Shown here in pieces: positions 62,817 to 64,000 of a stretch of 64,000 bases of DNA. The stretch comes from Acidobacteriota bacterium. Lineage in GTDB: Bacteria; Acidobacteriota; UBA6911; RPQK01; CBDAPI01. Both the position numbers and the translations under genes were made by a program. Within the stretch, counting starts at the first letter, position 1. The number at the start of each line of letters is the position of its first letter. The DNA is taken from contig OZ240092.1 in the NCBI GenBank assembly GCA_965197285.1, positions 4,726,335 to 4,790,334 on the forward strand, written 5' to 3'. The notes beneath the pieces were generated by a model. The model saw only the letters and a program-made list of their open reading frames with translations. It had not been told where the DNA came from and did not search any database.

Positions 62817-63918
62817 ACGACAGAGACTGTGCGGCTGCCCGTACCCTGGTCCACACCCCGGCCAGGAGAGCCTCTGATAGATCGCTCCGAATCTGGGTAT
62901 GGCCAATCCGGTCCAGGAGCACAAAGTGAACCATGTCCTCCTGGCGCTTCTTGTCGTGTTTCATCACTTCCAGCAGCTCTTGATGCCCGATATCGTCGAT
63001 GGGCGGCAGGGGGCCGACACTTCGAATCATTTCGGCAATTCGGTCCGCAGTCCTGGAATCCAGCAGGTCCAGCTCGAGCGAGAGTTCCGTCGCGGCCAGC
63101 ATTCCCAGTGCTACCGCCTCCCCGTGGGCCAGCCGTACGTACGAAGTGGCGGCTTCCAGGGCGTGTCCAAAGGTGTGCCCAAAATTCAGGATCCTGCGCA
63201 GGTCCGACTCCCTTTCGTCCCTGGACGTCACCTCGGCCTTGATCTCGCAGCAGCGGGCGATCACTCGCTCCAGAGTCTCATCTTCTCTGGCCCGCAAGCT
63301 GTCGAGGTGGGATTCAAGGAACGAAAAGAAGCTTGAGTCATAGATAAGGCCGTACTTGAGGACCTCGTAGAGACCCGACTGGAACTCACGTTCGGGCAGG
63401 GTGGACAGCATCGCCGTATCGATCAGCACGAGGCGGGGTTGATGGAAAGCCCCGACCATGTTTTTCCCCTTCTGGTGGTTGACTCCCGTTTTGCCACCCA
63501 CTGAGCTGTCTACTTGAGCCAGCAGCGTTGTCGGCATCTGAACGCAGTCGATCCCGCGCAGGAAGGTAGCCGCTACAAACCCGCTCATGTCGCCGGTAAC
63601 CCCTCCCCCCAGAGCCACAATGCTGGATTGGCGATCCGCGCGCTGAGCGGCAAGATAGGTATAGATCCTCTCTACGGTGTGCAGATTCTTGTGTGCCTCA
63701 CCGTCAGGAACCAGGATCTCGGTGACCTCGAACCCCGAGTCCTGGAGGCTGCGGCGAACCTGAGCCCCATGCAGCGAGAAGACTCTGTCGTTCGAGACCA
63801 GAAAGAGCCTTTTCCCGATGGAATACTCGAGGAACCGACTACCCGCCTCTTTGCCCAGGTCGGGTGCGATGAGGATGCTGTAACTTCTGGGCCCGAGCTC
63901 GACTTCAACTCTTCTCAT
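62809..63918 (-). CDS. aroB: 3-dehydroquinate synthase
   Basis: ...ALGGGVTGDMSGFVAATFLRGIDCVQMPTTLLAQVDSSVGGKTGVN...HGEAVALGM... is the canonical AroB. Confidence 0.85.
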   Translation of the reverse strand: MRRVEVELGPRSYSILIAPDLGKEAGSRFLEYSIGKRLFLVSNDRVFSLHGAQVRRSLQDSGFEVTEILVPDGEAHKNLHTVERIYTYLAAQRADRQSSIVALGGGVTGDMSGFVAATFLRGIDCVQMPTTLLAQVDSSVGGKTGVNHQKGKNMVGAFHQPRLVLIDTAMLSTLPEREFQSGLYEVLKYGLIYDSSFFSFLESHLDSLRAREDETLERVIARCCEIKAEVTSRDERESDLRRILNFGHTFGHALEAATSYVRLAHGEAVALGMLAATELSLELDLLDSRTADRIAEMIRSVGPLPPIDDIGHQELLEVMKHDKKRQEDMVHFVLLDRIGHTQIRSDLSEALLAGVWTRVRAAAQSLSYG

Positions 63919-64000
63919 GGGCTCAAGGCTGTTGCCTAGGTGAGCATTCCGCTGGCCGAGGTGCTGGCGCTGGCATAGCGGCGCCTGGGTATTCTTCCTG

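Noticed and set aside
1-64000. tRNA, rRNA or tmRNA genes
   Set aside because: Scanning the intergenic regions found no cloverleaf-like acceptor/anticodon arrangements and no rRNA-like conserved blocks. None are reported.

Overview
This is a GC-rich bacterial chromosomal window. It has two housekeeping blocks at the ends and a middle accessory region (about 12.2-30.3 kb) shaped by three insertion-sequence families. The gene content (many STK/ECF-sigma pairs of the 'TRWTLV' type, BshC, MqnA, large TPR and beta-propeller proteins) is consistent with an Acidobacteria-like organism; that assignment is inference only.

Housekeeping genes, first block: a partial CYTH protein, NamZ/DUF1343, MqnA, dprA, an IS200-type tnpA wedged between dprA and topA, topA, one giant secreted repeat protein, EcsC, and a PQQ-like beta-propeller protein.

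Housekeeping genes, second block (minus strand): ispE-prs-rplY-pth-hppA-rpsF-rplI-dnaB-alr. On the plus strand: lspA, a LolA-like protein, fabH and tonB. At the far end: menG/ubiE and aroB. A second giant secreted protein is a paralogue of the first.

Accessory region: a frameshifted IS110-family element, then a lasso-peptide-type RiPP locus. The locus has a PqqD-like RRE (B1), an asparagine-synthetase-like cyclase (C), an HprK-like Ser kinase and an NTP_transf_5 nucleotidyltransferase. An IS1380-family element has inserted into the kinase gene. The IS carries its own 4-bp target-site duplication (CTAG), and excising it in silico restores a continuous 326-codon kinase ORF. No precursor peptide (A) and no B2 peptidase can be seen in the window.

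A second, nearly identical IS1380 copy sits in inverted orientation about 9.9 kb away with its own TTAG duplication. The segment between the two copies holds the kinase 3' fragment, a LarA-like/ACAD/NTase operon, an SSS transporter and a very large PIG-L deacetylase.

Other points worth a second look: short CGTGGAAC/GTGAAAC tandem arrays recur in at least five intergenic regions; a 42-bp dispersed repeat with an adjacent strong hairpin occurs twice; an ECF sigma factor sits divergent to an STK-TPR operon; rpsF is followed directly by rplI with no rpsR; a hybrid histidine kinase gene carries a 21-bp in-frame tandem duplication; a truncated phosphotransferase remnant lies at 56.8 kb. No rRNA, tRNA or CRISPR arrays were recognised.
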